DNA from: Bacillus subtilis subsp. subtilis str. 168
GTDB taxonomy: Bacteria; Bacillota; Bacilli; Bacillales; Bacillaceae
Length of the DNA stretch: 64,000 bases
Direction of reading: 5' to 3'
Assembly (NCBI RefSeq): GCF_000009045.1
Contig: NC_000964.3
Location: forward strand, 2,666,001 to 2,730,000
Within the stretch, counting starts at the first letter, position 1, and every line of letters begins with the position of its first letter. Shown here in pieces: positions 30,030 through 38,448 of the stretch. The translations under genes and the position numbers were made by a program. Below the pieces are notes generated by a model, which saw only the letters and a list, made by a program, of their open reading frames with translations, ran no database searches and was not told the origin of the DNA.

Positions 30030-30989
30030 TCAGCTAACCTCCTTGATTCCAAAACGTCTGAAATGAGTTTCCTTTTTAACTTTCTCGTATACATCCGGAA
30101 ACTGGTCTTTGAGCTTTTTCGTGTCAATTCGATTTGAGACAACAGGCTTCCAGCAAGCTTGATAGTTACCGATAAACCCATACTCTGCATCCTTCATTTC
30201 ATGTTTGATTTGGTTCTCTAATTCTTTTGCCTGGCTTTGAAGCTCTGAGATCTGTTCTTTAATAAGCAAGTATTGTTGAATACGTTCTCGATTAGCCGCA
30301 GTTAAATCAATAGCTTTGTTATTTTCCGTTTCGGCATATCGTTTTTTGAGGTATTCCTCCGCAGCACTTGAACCATCTAAAGCAGGAGCTTGTCCACCTA
30401 AGACCTTGTCATTCCAGAACTCAATCTCTGCTTTAAAGATCATGTCAATTAACTCGTCGTCTCGCTCAATCTCTTTCCAGACAAATTTGTTCCCGCCAAT
30501 CAGCACAGCAAAATAAGCTTTCCGATATTCAGGTCCAAGCACACCCAGATAATGCTGGACCTGAACGATATAGCTCTCGGGGATTTCTTCGTCCTCCCAT
30601 TCTTTTAAGTTGTAGGCTGATGTTGTTTTACATTCAAGGATCGCTTTTTCACCAACGATCATTCGATCAACATTAGCCAAAATGAAATTATATTCTGGAT
30701 GTCTGAGTATTGCTTTTTTACGTCTAACCTTCTTGCCACTACGTATCTCAAATTCTTTTGCAACAATATCTTCTAGCAATGATCCAAAGTAAGCAGCTTC
30801 ACTTTGCGATTCACTAACAGGGACCTGTCCTGTTTTGTCTAACCATAATTCAAAAGGTGTCTTCCACTTGTTCAGCCCCAAGATAATGGATGCATCTGAG
30901 CCGCCAATTCCTTTTCTTCTTTCAATAAGCCATTCATCACGGCTCATTTCAGAATTCTTAGCAAGAACCTCAGCCCGTTTGCTTGTCAT
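30030..30989 (-). CDS. yqaJ: YqaJ viral recombinase / alkaline exonuclease
   Basis: RRKGIGGSDA, ANVDR, LECKT and QVQHY motifs. Confidence 0.95.
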   Translation of the reverse strand: MTSKRAEVLAKNSEMSRDEWLIERRKGIGGSDASIILGLNKWKTPFELWLDKTGQVPVSESQSEAAYFGSLLEDIVAKEFEIRSGKKVRRKKAILRHPEYNFILANVDRMIVGEKAILECKTTSAYNLKEWEDEEIPESYIVQVQHYLGVLGPEYRKAYFAVLIGGNKFVWKEIERDDELIDMIFKAEIEFWNDKVLGGQAPALDGSSAAEEYLKKRYAETENNKAIDLTAANRERIQQYLLIKEQISELQSQAKELENQIKHEMKDAEYGFIGNYQACWKPVVSNRIDTKKLKDQFPDVYEKVKKETHFRRFGIKEVS

Positions 30990-31094
30990 TCCACCTAACC
31001 CCCATTGTTTTTATTGAGGCTATCTGATAAAATATTTGCACATGAGTTTTTTTAGATAGCCTTTAAAGAAGTCCACTTTGCCGAGTGGGCTTTT

Positions 31095-31289
31095 TTATTG
31101 CGCGTTTTTAAATTCAAAACCAAGTTGCTCCCTTAGATACCTTTCCAAGTTCTCTCTGAGAATGATTTCGCCGCCATCAATTACATAATCATCAACTGGT
31201 GTTACTTCATCACCGTAAAAATCTATTTGTACATCCGTTTCAGTCAGCTTATCGTGCCAGTTGTTTATGACCATTGGATTTTCGACCAT
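31095..31289 (-). CDS. yqaI: YqaI family small phage protein
   Basis: Start ATG 31289 after GAGGAG; MVENPMVINNW. Confidence 0.8.
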   Translation of the reverse strand: MVENPMVINNWHDKLTETDVQIDFYGDEVTPVDDYVIDGGEIILRENLERYLREQLGFEFKNAQ

Positions 31290-31422
31290 TCTTATTCTCC
31301 TCTCTGAATTTGTCTGCACGTCTATCCCATAACAGATGGAATTCACTATTGTTACGAATCATCACACACCATTTACGAACTTCCAGAGCAGTTGCCGGTT
31401 TATGAACAAAATGAACCATCAT
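31249..31422 (-). CDS. Small phage ORF (57 aa)
   Basis: ATGA-coupled to the yqaH stop, SD GCAGGTG; [29 protein letters not shown]... Confidence 0.55.
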   Translation of the reverse strand: MMVHFVHKPATALEVRKWCVMIRNNSEFHLLWDRRADKFREENKNGRKSNGHKQLAR

Positions 31423-31676
31423 CCTATACACCTGCTCACTACAGTTAAGTTGATACCTTGCTGTTGCATTTTCAATGCCGTTTCATAAAGGCGTCCTTTG
31501 TTTGCAAGCCGGCTAATATCCTCAGTAAGAACCTTGATGCTTCCAGCAAGACTAATCGCTTCTTCATAATCACCATCACGTAATGCCTCTGACAGCATGA
31601 TTGATAGCTCTTCTGCTGATTCGATTTTTCTTTTTGCGATAGGAACATCTGCCTTCAAGAAATGATTAGTATTCAT
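31419..31676 (-). CDS. yqaH: YqaH, DnaA/Spo0A-interacting small protein
   Basis: 85 aa ORF in skin early operon; function is from the literature, not from this sequence. Confidence 0.85.
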
Positions 31677-32242
31677 ACTGAAACCGCCTGCCTTCCTTCT
31701 TGTTTTGCCATAGCAACTTGATCAACTAGAGCTTTCCGCGTCCATCTATCTGCAAGTTCCTGCATTTTCAACCCGTGAGTACGAACAAGTGAATAAATCA
31801 ATGTTTTGTTAGCCGCAATCAAATCAAAAATCTGCTTAATATCGGCCATCGGCAGCTCCTCTGTTTTACCTGGTCGGTTATCCGTGAGCCAACGGGCTAA
31901 ATGTTTGGTTGCTTGCAGTGCTTCCTCCAATTGGTGAACCATATTAATCACCGCATTACTTGCACATTCATTGAGTGCCGGATCAATAGGAGCAGCGGCT
32001 GTAGGATGAAGTTTGAATAAGTAATGTACAAGATCAATATGTTCATAGGCAGCGCACTTCTCAAACCATTTAATACATAACTCTGGAGTAAGCTTGGCAA
32101 GTCCATTTTCAACATCTGAAACATACCTTTGATCCTTACCTCCGATTAACTTGCCGATTTGGTATTGTGAAAGACCTGCAGCCTTACGGGCACTACGCAT
32201 AATCTGCGGTAAATTACGCATATTGTATGGGTTGTTCTCCAT
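31673..32242 (-). CDS. yqaG: XRE-family HTH protein
   Basis: N-terminal [17 protein letters not shown]...[11 protein letters not shown]. Confidence 0.85.
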
Positions 32243-32315
32243 ATGTTTGCCTCCTGTTATATTAGGTTTTTAGTTTTAAAATTGAAGTTGAAAGACCATG
32301 CTGTTTATAAATGAC

Positions 32316-32456
32316 TTAGGCTGATTCCTTTTTATTTTTTTGCGCAAGCTTCTCTTGGTGTTCATTCATACGCTGAACAAGTATGCCACTGAGGTATTTG
32401 TAGGCTTTGGCCTCTGCCTGTTCAAACAGTGGTCCTTTTTTCAAGATGACTTTCAT
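32316..32456 (-). CDS. yqdA: Small 46-aa protein
   Basis: AAAGGAGG SD; MKVILKKGPLFEQAEAKAYKYLSGILVQRMNEHQEKLAQKNKKESA*. Confidence 0.78.
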   Translation of the reverse strand: MKVILKKGPLFEQAEAKAYKYLSGILVQRMNEHQEKLAQKNKKESA

Positions 32457-32485
32457 AATTAAAAGGCCTCCTTTGTGAATTCTAA

Positions 32486-32716
32486 TCATGCTGAATCCTT
32501 AGAATTATGTTTCGTTTCGTTACATACATCCTCAAAAAAAATAGTCCAGTCAAAGCCTAATTTCTCTCCTATTTTTTTTGAGACAATAACACTAGGCTTC
32601 CTAGTACCATTTTCTATCATGGTGTAGTATGCTCTACCAATCTGTGCAGCTTTGGCAACTTCTTCTTGAGTAAACCCTTTTTCTAAGCGGTTTTTCTTAA
32701 GCCATTTTCTCATCAT
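32486..32716 (-). CDS. yqaF: Cro-like XRE HTH regulator, first gene of early operon
   Basis: 76 aa XRE HTH; divergent from the repressor. Confidence 0.9.
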   Translation of the reverse strand: MMRKWLKKNRLEKGFTQEEVAKAAQIGRAYYTMIENGTRKPSVIVSKKIGEKLGFDWTIFFEDVCNETKHNSKDSA

Positions 32717-32740
32717 TTTTCACCCCCTTAATCAGAAAAT

Positions 32741-32848
32741 GTAACGTTTCGTTACTTAGATAATAGTATCGATTCGTTACATTGTCAACACATTTTCATA
32801 AAAAAAGTATCGTTTTGTTACCAAAACTTATATGTAACCCTTTGTTAC
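32741..32848. promoter_or_regulatory. Four 15-bp imperfect palindromic operators (GTA(A/T)C-N5-GTTAC), likely SknR sites
   Basis: 32741 GTAACGTTTCGTTAC, 32766 GTATCGATTCGTTAC, 32807 GTATCGTTTTGTTAC, 32834 GTAACCCTTTGTTAC. Confidence 0.8.
32760..32788 (-). promoter_or_regulatory. SigA promoter of early (yqaF) operon
   Basis: TTGACA (32788-32783) - 17 bp - TATTAT (32765-32760). Confidence 0.85.
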
Positions 32849-32892
32849 GTTACAATGAGATATAGAATAAAAACAAAAGTCAGGTGATTAAT

Positions 32893-33243
32893 ATGTTCTC
32901 CGAGAACTTGAAAAAGTGCAGAAAACAAAAGAAACTAACCCAACAAAATATGGCTGATAAACTTGGAATTACTCGGCCTGCCTACACCGCCTATGAACTA
33001 GGTAGTCGTGAGCCTGACTATAAAACCTTAATTAATATTTCAAACATACTTGATGTTTCTTTGGATTATCTTCTTAAAGGAGAAAGCAATGAAAAAGTAT
33101 TTCAGGATGAAGCAAAAAAAGTGTTAAACGATCCTGAAACATTCCTTGCAGCAAAAGACGGTGAGGTAACAGATGAGATCTTACAGGCTGCTTTGGAGAT
33201 TATAACGGAGCAATTAAAAGAAAGACGGAAATCAGATAAATAA
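32893..33243 (+). CDS. sknR: skin repressor SknR (CI/Xre-like)
   Basis: 116 aa from ATG 32893; XRE HTH; divergent from yqaF with operators between. Confidence 0.92.
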   Translation: MFSENLKKCRKQKKLTQQNMADKLGITRPAYTAYELGSREPDYKTLINISNILDVSLDYLLKGESNEKVFQDEAKKVLNDPETFLAAKDGEVTDEILQAALEIITEQLKERRKSDK

Positions 33244-33367
33244 ACGCAGTTAGTTTATTATTATTTATTTCTGTTTATTATGTTTAATTCTGTTTACTAA
33301 TAAGATTTAGATTCTCATTTATATTTCATTCATACCCTCATTTAAAAAGTGATTTTGAATCCTTTAC

Positions 33368-33393
33368 AAACCCTTACGTGACAAGGGTTTTTG
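33368..33393 (+). terminator. Terminator downstream of sknR
   Basis: AAACCCTT-ACGTGAC-AAGGGTTT followed by TTGTTGTTTT. Confidence 0.65.
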
Positions 33394-33509
33394 TTGTTTT
33401 TCTCATTTATATTTTCATTTATGTTTCTTTTATATTCTCATGTAAAAAAATTGAGCGTTTATTGTGAGGGAAATTGCAGAGTATCGAAATGGGAAAAGAG
33501 GGCTTCTTG

Positions 33510-33677
33510 TTAAAAACCTTGCAAAGTGTATGTGAAAAAAATAAACAATACAATTATCGTAACAACAATAATTGTTTCTTTAATAAAATTTTTATTATCT
33601 TCATTCTTTTGTTTCTTTTTTTTAATCTCTTCTCTGTATTTTCTTTGAACCTCTTTCTTCTTATCATTATTTTTCAT
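33510..33677 (-). CDS. yqaD: Small basic protein with C-terminal transmembrane helix (55 aa)
   Basis: AAAGGAG SD; MKNNDKKKEVQRKYREEIKKKKQKNEDNKNFIKETIIVVTIIVLFIFFTYTLQGF*. Confidence 0.78.
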   Translation of the reverse strand: MKNNDKKKEVQRKYREEIKKKKQKNEDNKNFIKETIIVVTIIVLFIFFTYTLQGF

Positions 33678-34032
33678 GATTAAACTCCTTTGAAGTCCAT
33701 TTATTCCCTTGCCCCTATCATTTGCAATTGTAATAATTCACTAATGATTACACCAACAAAAAAGGATCGGCAAGTGCTTTTCACTCAATGGTAACCAACA
33801 TAAGCACTAGCTGGACAGGTTTTAGGATGTATCTAATCGTTGAGGTTCCATTTCCTGCAACTGATCCAAAAACTTCCTTATGAAGAACAATCTCTTCTCT
33901 GTTGTGGGGATGCTACCAAAAATAGTAGGCAAATTGATAGCGGTATTAAAAAAACAGCTCATTAAATGCCATACTGGAACTGTCTTTGATTTTTGGATTT
34001 ATTTTCTGATGCAGCTATTGCTATCCGTTAGT

Positions 34033-34569
34033 TTAATTAGAACTCAGATAATCCAAGACACGGTCAACTCTTTCATTGACTGAGCAGTCGTCTTCAATCT
34101 TTAACACTGGACAAGATAAATCTGCCATCCAATGTTCATGCAAAGCTCTACTTCTAACTTCCATTCCAGCATTATCATATAAAGAAGCCCACTCTAAAAA
34201 TGTTTTTGATTGTTCATATTTACTGCCACCGGCTAACACTTCGTTTCCATAACGCTGAAATTCCCTGTGCCTTAGTCTCTCAAGCCGTATATCTTGTGGA
34301 ATCCATAAGAAGACGACAAGGTCAAAATAACTTTTTAGATTATCGCCCCAGCCACACACTGCACCAGAAAGAATCCATTTTTCATTGATTGTTAAGTCTT
34401 TTTCAAGCAACTTTCTTCTTTCAGGAATTTCTCTTTTTTTAGTGAATTTGTCTAACCAATAGTAATTATCAGTATCAAGATGCGTATGAGGCAAACGCTT
34501 TGATAATGCAGCACCCAATGTTGAAGTTCCGACACCAGAGGCTCCCAATATGTGAATATTTTTTTTCAT
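34033..34569 (-). CDS. yqaC: P-loop nucleotide kinase-like (AAA / adenylate kinase family) protein
   Basis: IHILGASGVGTSTLG P-loop; HLDTDNYYW; WILSG. Confidence 0.85.
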   Translation of the reverse strand: MKKNIHILGASGVGTSTLGAALSKRLPHTHLDTDNYYWLDKFTKKREIPERRKLLEKDLTINEKWILSGAVCGWGDNLKSYFDLVVFLWIPQDIRLERLRHREFQRYGNEVLAGGSKYEQSKTFLEWASLYDNAGMEVRSRALHEHWMADLSCPVLKIEDDCSVNERVDRVLDYLSSN

Positions 34570-34837
34570 ACTTCCCCTCCTTATTAAGCAACCAAACTCC
34601 CTGTTTGTTGCATAACGTACTTACTATTATTTTGACATAAATCCCTAAAAGACCTTTACTTTTCGAGGGAAATCCAGATGCGTGTTAAAATCATAATACT
34701 TACGAAAACAGTCATGATTAAACGGATTCATATTCCATCTCCTTAGACGCATTTTCCTATGAAAAAAGTCTTGATTTCCATATAATATTTAAACGAATCC
34801 AATTTTTAGATTGTCGTCTTTAAGGAGGTTTTTCATC

Positions 34838-35356
34838 TTGAGGTATACAAACAGTCATTTAGAGGATTGGATTGAAAACTTATACAAGAAGATTGATATT
34901 ACAGAACCAGAACAAATTAATTTTGAACGGATTGCCGAGGCTTTAGATATCAGGCTTTCGTTTAAACCTGTTACAAGCTTCGCACTTAAACACAGCGGAA
35001 TTTATAATATATGCTTGGACAGCCGTAAAAGCCGAACTGAACAATGGTATGATTTTGCTCATGAATTTTGCCATATATATAGACATGAAGGCGATAAAAA
35101 AACAATGCCTGCAACTTGGACTGATTATTTGGATTGGCAGTCCAATTATTTTACATATCACTTTTGCATTCCAACTTGCATGTTGCGTAATATCAACCTT
35201 CCGTACATACAATCACATGCAATTGAAAATGTAGCTTGGTTATTTAAGGTATCCCCTTCATTCGCTAAGAAACGTTTAAGCATTTATTACAGGAAACTGA
35301 CTCAACATTTATTTAGTCAAACTGTTACGGGAAATTTATGCCCCCCCTTTTTGTAA
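34838..35356 (+). CDS. yqaB: ImmA/IrrE-family metallopeptidase (anti-repressor-like)
   Basis: TTG 34838 after AAGGAGG; FAHEFCH HExxH motif and E/D..(A/S)N.F pattern. Confidence 0.88.
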   Translation: MRYTNSHLEDWIENLYKKIDITEPEQINFERIAEALDIRLSFKPVTSFALKHSGIYNICLDSRKSRTEQWYDFAHEFCHIYRHEGDKKTMPATWTDYLDWQSNYFTYHFCIPTCMLRNINLPYIQSHAIENVAWLFKVSPSFAKKRLSIYYRKLTQHLFSQTVTGNLCPPFL

Positions 35357-35390
35357 TGAATAATGAAATCCTCATGCATTTGCGCGCATT
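35341..35390. other. skin att junction (5-bp AATGA crossover core at 35362-35366)
   Basis: Sigma-factor coding sequence begins abruptly at AAT GAA ATC CTC ATG (NEILM); AATGA is the known skin crossover core; the left att is outside the window. Confidence 0.8.
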
Positions 35391-35754
35391 GAAAAAAACA
35401 AAAAAAGACGTCTCCCTTCACGATCCGATCGGGCAGGATAAGGAAGGGAATGAAATAAGCCTGATTGACGTTTTGAAATCAGAAAACGAAGACGTGATAG
35501 ATACGATCCAGCTCAATATGGAGCTTGAAAAAGTGAAACAATACATTGACATTTTAGATGACCGTGAGAAGGAAGTGATTGTCGGGCGGTTTGGACTTGA
35601 TTTGAAGAAGGAAAAAACGCAGCGAGAGATTGCCAAAGAACTCGGTATCTCACGCAGCTATGTATCGCGGATTGAAAAGCGGGCGCTGATGAAGATGTTT
35701 CATGAGTTTTATCGGGCAGAGAAGGAAAAGCGGAAGAAGGCGAAGGGGAAATAA
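35362..35754 (+). CDS. spoIIIC: 3' half of sigK (mother-cell sigma factor), joined to spoIVCB after skin excision
   Basis: Sigma regions 3-4: [19 protein letters not shown] and [24 protein letters not shown]; lacks N-terminal regions. Confidence 0.95.
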   Translation, partial: NEILMHLRALKKTKKDVSLHDPIGQDKEGNEISLIDVLKSENEDVIDTIQLNMELEKVKQYIDILDDREKEVIVGRFGLDLKKEKTQREIAKELGISRSYVSRIEKRALMKMFHEFYRAEKEKRKKAKGK

Positions 35755-35762
35755 TGCAGAAG

Positions 35763-35792
35763 AAGCCGGATCTCATACTCCGGCTTTCTCTA
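35763..35792 (+). terminator. sigK/spoIIIC terminator
   Basis: AAGCCGGA-TCTCATAC-TCCGGCTT followed by TCTCTATTT. Confidence 0.7.
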
Positions 35793-35838
35793 TTTGAAAG
35801 AGTTATGAAAATCATTTTTTTCATCGCTGATAAGCTCT

Positions 35839-36049
35839 CCGAGAAAGACAGGCAGGATCGTAACAAATAACTTGACTTATAATCCTCCCGCAGGCATTCA
35901 AAGCCGGACGTTCTAAAAGCTCTCCTGAGAAAATCCTTAGATCGGTATACTTCAGTACATCTTTAGTCCCTGCTTTCTTTATACAGGCCTCGATCTGGCT
36001 GTCGATGCTCGATCCCTTGATCGCTTGTTCCACGATATATTGCTATCAC
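35839..36049 (-). pseudogene. Degenerate 5' fragment of a serine recombinase nearly identical to SpoIVCA (CisA)
   Basis: GTG 36049 gives MIAIY, then after a frameshifting deletion EQAIKGSSIDSQIEACIKKAGTKDVLKY..FSGELLERPALN...ISQVICYDP..LSR; the catalytic RVS motif is deleted and DRLSR is mutated. SpoIVCA sequence compared from memory. Confidence 0.8.
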
Positions 36050-36143
36050 CCTGGATCTCCTGCCTATAAAGTTTTATTAAATAATGATAGCAATCGTTCA
36101 TGCATTTGTCAGTTTGCAGTCCCTCGATGATTATTACCTTCAT
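35979..36143 (-). CDS. yrkS: 54-aa ORF overlapping the recombinase relic; resembles the skin RDF N-terminus
   Basis: SD AAGGGGTGA; MKVIIIEGLQTDKCMNDCYHYLIKLYRQEIQGDSNISWNKRSRDRASTARSRPV*. Confidence 0.65.
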   Translation of the reverse strand: MKVIIIEGLQTDKCMNDCYHYLIKLYRQEIQGDSNISWNKRSRDRASTARSRPV

Positions 36144-36687
36144 AAAATACATCACCCCTTGGGTAATGCTGCGTAATACCTGTTTGTCCTAATGAGGTGA
36201 TTTTCAATGAGTATGAAAACAAATAAAAAAACCGATGGTTTGTACCATCGATCTGTTTTCTATATCACTAGGCCCTCAATATAGTAAATCTAGCTCATTG
36301 GTTATGAAAGCTTATTTTCATTACACACTATATATTCATTTGTTATCATTTCTATACGTTTATATCAATTATGGTAAAAAATGGTTACAAAAACCCAATA
36401 AACGTCCAACCTAACTTTTTCATCTTATTTATTAAGAATTTTAACCTCTTCCTTGTGAAATAAAGAAGCGATTTTCATCTCCAAACAGTTAATGCTATTT
36501 CATCGGGACATGTCTGTTAAAGTAGCCAATAAATACATTCGGATATCCACTTACAACCACGATTCAATTTGATCCACTACAGATTTCTGAGCTGACATTA
36601 AACAGATAGAGTTATAAAAATCTGTACCAGTTCCCTTTCACAATTAGGACATTTCGGCGGCGTTTCGGCATAATGCGAACTAATTTA

Positions 36688-37107
36688 TTAATGTTCAACA
36701 ACAGAATTTCGTCTATTGGCAATAAAGAATCCACAAATCATTGCAAGAATGGCCATCGCCCACCAGAACGTTGAGATCGCCTGATCATGATCGATGATAA
36801 TCAAACGAATGACAGCTGTGATGCCAATATAAATGAAGTAGCGAAGCGGAAAATGAAAGTCTGATTTGAAGTATTTGATAATCAAAGCAATGAACTCAAA
36901 GTACATGAAGAATATAAGCAGTTCTCCAAGCATCTCATAATAGCTGTCCACTTTGTTGAACAGTGACTTGTATACGAATAGCACAATGTACCAAGTCTCG
37001 CTGATCAGAAGTGCGCTTAAGGCTAACGCCAGAAAGAACAGACAGACGTTGAGAAGCGCTTGTAACAGGTAAGGCACCTTTTTGAATTTGTTAGAAAATC
37101 TCATCAT
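36688..37107 (-). CDS. psiE: PsiE-family phosphate-starvation-inducible membrane protein
   Basis: FFMYFEFIALI.KYF...HFPLRYFIYIGITAVIRLIIIDH motif. Confidence 0.9.
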   Translation of the reverse strand: MMRFSNKFKKVPYLLQALLNVCLFFLALALSALLISETWYIVLFVYKSLFNKVDSYYEMLGELLIFFMYFEFIALIIKYFKSDFHFPLRYFIYIGITAVIRLIIIDHDQAISTFWWAMAILAMICGFFIANRRNSVVEH

Positions 37108-37149
37108 GTTGTCTCCTATTTCAATATATTCGTGGTTTTTATTCTCAGC

Positions 37150-38448
37150 CTACATCTTGGTGTTCCAAAATCGTAGCACAATGTAGTACTTAGAATTCTT
37201 TTGTATACTGTGAAACTGTCCCTGCATGCGGGACATCATTCGCGCAATGCTTCTTTCACCGAGTCCGTTGCTTTCCGGTGTTATATCTGCAAGTTTAATC
37301 GTATTGCTAACATGGATCTCAAATATCTCTTGATCCGATACAAACGTGATACTGATTTTTTCTTCCGGATCTGCGTATTTCAATAAGTTTGACATCACAT
37401 TATCAAATACACGACCAAGCTCCTCCAAATTCACGTTAATATAGGTTTCCGGCAGCTCGCCTGAAATATGGACCCGAAAATGCTCCTGATGAAGGATAGC
37501 AATCTGATCTGATATTAGATCGTAGATCACTTCTTTCACTGCAACGGTCTCCAGATCGGCCTCATATTCCTTGTTCAGCAGGAAATACGCAAACAGATTG
37601 TCAGACAAGCTTTTTAATTGCAGTGCTTTACCATAAGCATTGGCTACATACCGATCTTTGCTGGCACCCGCTTCGCCTCCCTCTTTTTTGGCAAACTCCA
37701 GATTCATGATCAGCGACGTCAGCGGTGTGCGCATATCGTGCGACATTTCGGTAACCAGGCTGCGGCTCTCAGCTTGCAATTCCTCGATAGCTTTAAGTTT
37801 ATCCAGGAAAGCTTTCCGCAGATCCTCAATGCTCTTTGCAATCATCGCTAATTCATCATGCCCTTTTATCGTCATCTCGTAGTCCAGTTCGCCCCCTTCA
37901 AGAATATGAATCTCTTGATGAATCGTTTTAAGGTAGCGAAGACTTTGGCGAATTCCGAAGAGAACAATGATTAAAAAGATGAGGGTTGCCCCGAGCAAAT
38001 CCAATGCAAAGGCCAGATCATAATATCGGGAAGAGTAGAAACCGTCGATAATGACTCGTCCTTCACCATCGCTAAACTTGACAGGATGTGAATGATTTTG
38101 AGCGTACTGAGTCAGCTTTTCCTTTCCATAATCCGATTCGGAATAAATAGAATCATATTGCAGCTCCTGATCCTTGAATATGGTGAGGTTAATGTAATTT
38201 TCTTTTTTGACCCACTCGCCAAACGCTTTTCTATCTGATGTAGACAACTCATTTTCTGAAACGTACTTGCTGAATTTTTGAATGTATCTTGCTGACTCCT
38301 CGTGATAATACTCTTCCGAACTCAGATATCCCTCGATCAGATCATCTGTGATCTTTTGCAACGTCAGAAAGATCACACCACTCACAATCGCAGCAACCAT
38401 TATCAGCAAAGCCAGTTTTTTGGTTAGCGTAAATTTAAGATGCGCCAA
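37150..38448 (-). CDS. yrkQ: Sensor histidine kinase
   Basis: Two TM segments, HAMP (GHDEL), H-box MSHDMRTPLT, N-box NVMSNLLKY, GLG. Confidence 0.92.
   Translation of the reverse strand: MAHLKFTLTKKLALLIMVAAIVSGVIFLTLQKITDDLIEGYLSSEEYYHEESARYIQKFSKYVSENELSTSDRKAFGEWVKKENYINLTIFKDQELQYDSIYSESDYGKEKLTQYAQNHSHPVKFSDGEGRVIIDGFYSSRYYDLAFALDLLGATLIFLIIVLFGIRQSLRYLKTIHQEIHILEGGELDYEMTIKGHDELAMIAKSIEDLRKAFLDKLKAIEELQAESRSLVTEMSHDMRTPLTSLIMNLEFAKKEGGEAGASKDRYVANAYGKALQLKSLSDNLFAYFLLNKEYEADLETVAVKEVIYDLISDQIAILHQEHFRVHISGELPETYINVNLEELGRVFDNVMSNLLKYADPEEKISITFVSDQEIFEIHVSNTIKLADITPESNGLGERSIARMMSRMQGQFHSIQKNSKYYIVLRFWNTKM

Larger units (their letters stand above)
1..35366. mobile_element. skin: skin (sigK-intervening) prophage-like element, right-hand part; extends beyond window start
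   Basis: Contiguous PBSX-like tail, head, packaging, replication and immunity modules end at AATGA (35362-35366), followed in frame by sigma-factor sequence [12 protein letters not shown] (3' half of sigK). Gene order matches B. subtilis skin as recalled. Confidence 0.95.

Noticed and set aside
32255-32340. Possible third antisense mini-unit (TG-T-TATATT upstream of yqaG)
   Set aside because: No usable -35 and no convincing downstream terminator stem.
33690-34030. Broken reading frames between yqaC and yqaD that might be a toxin or membrane-protein relic
   Set aside because: Fragments did not match any family motif I can identify with confidence.
35338-35361. MPPLFVMN as a real N-terminus of an independent SpoIIIC protein
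   Set aside because: These codons are skin-side att sequence; the sigma-factor sequence begins at the crossover.
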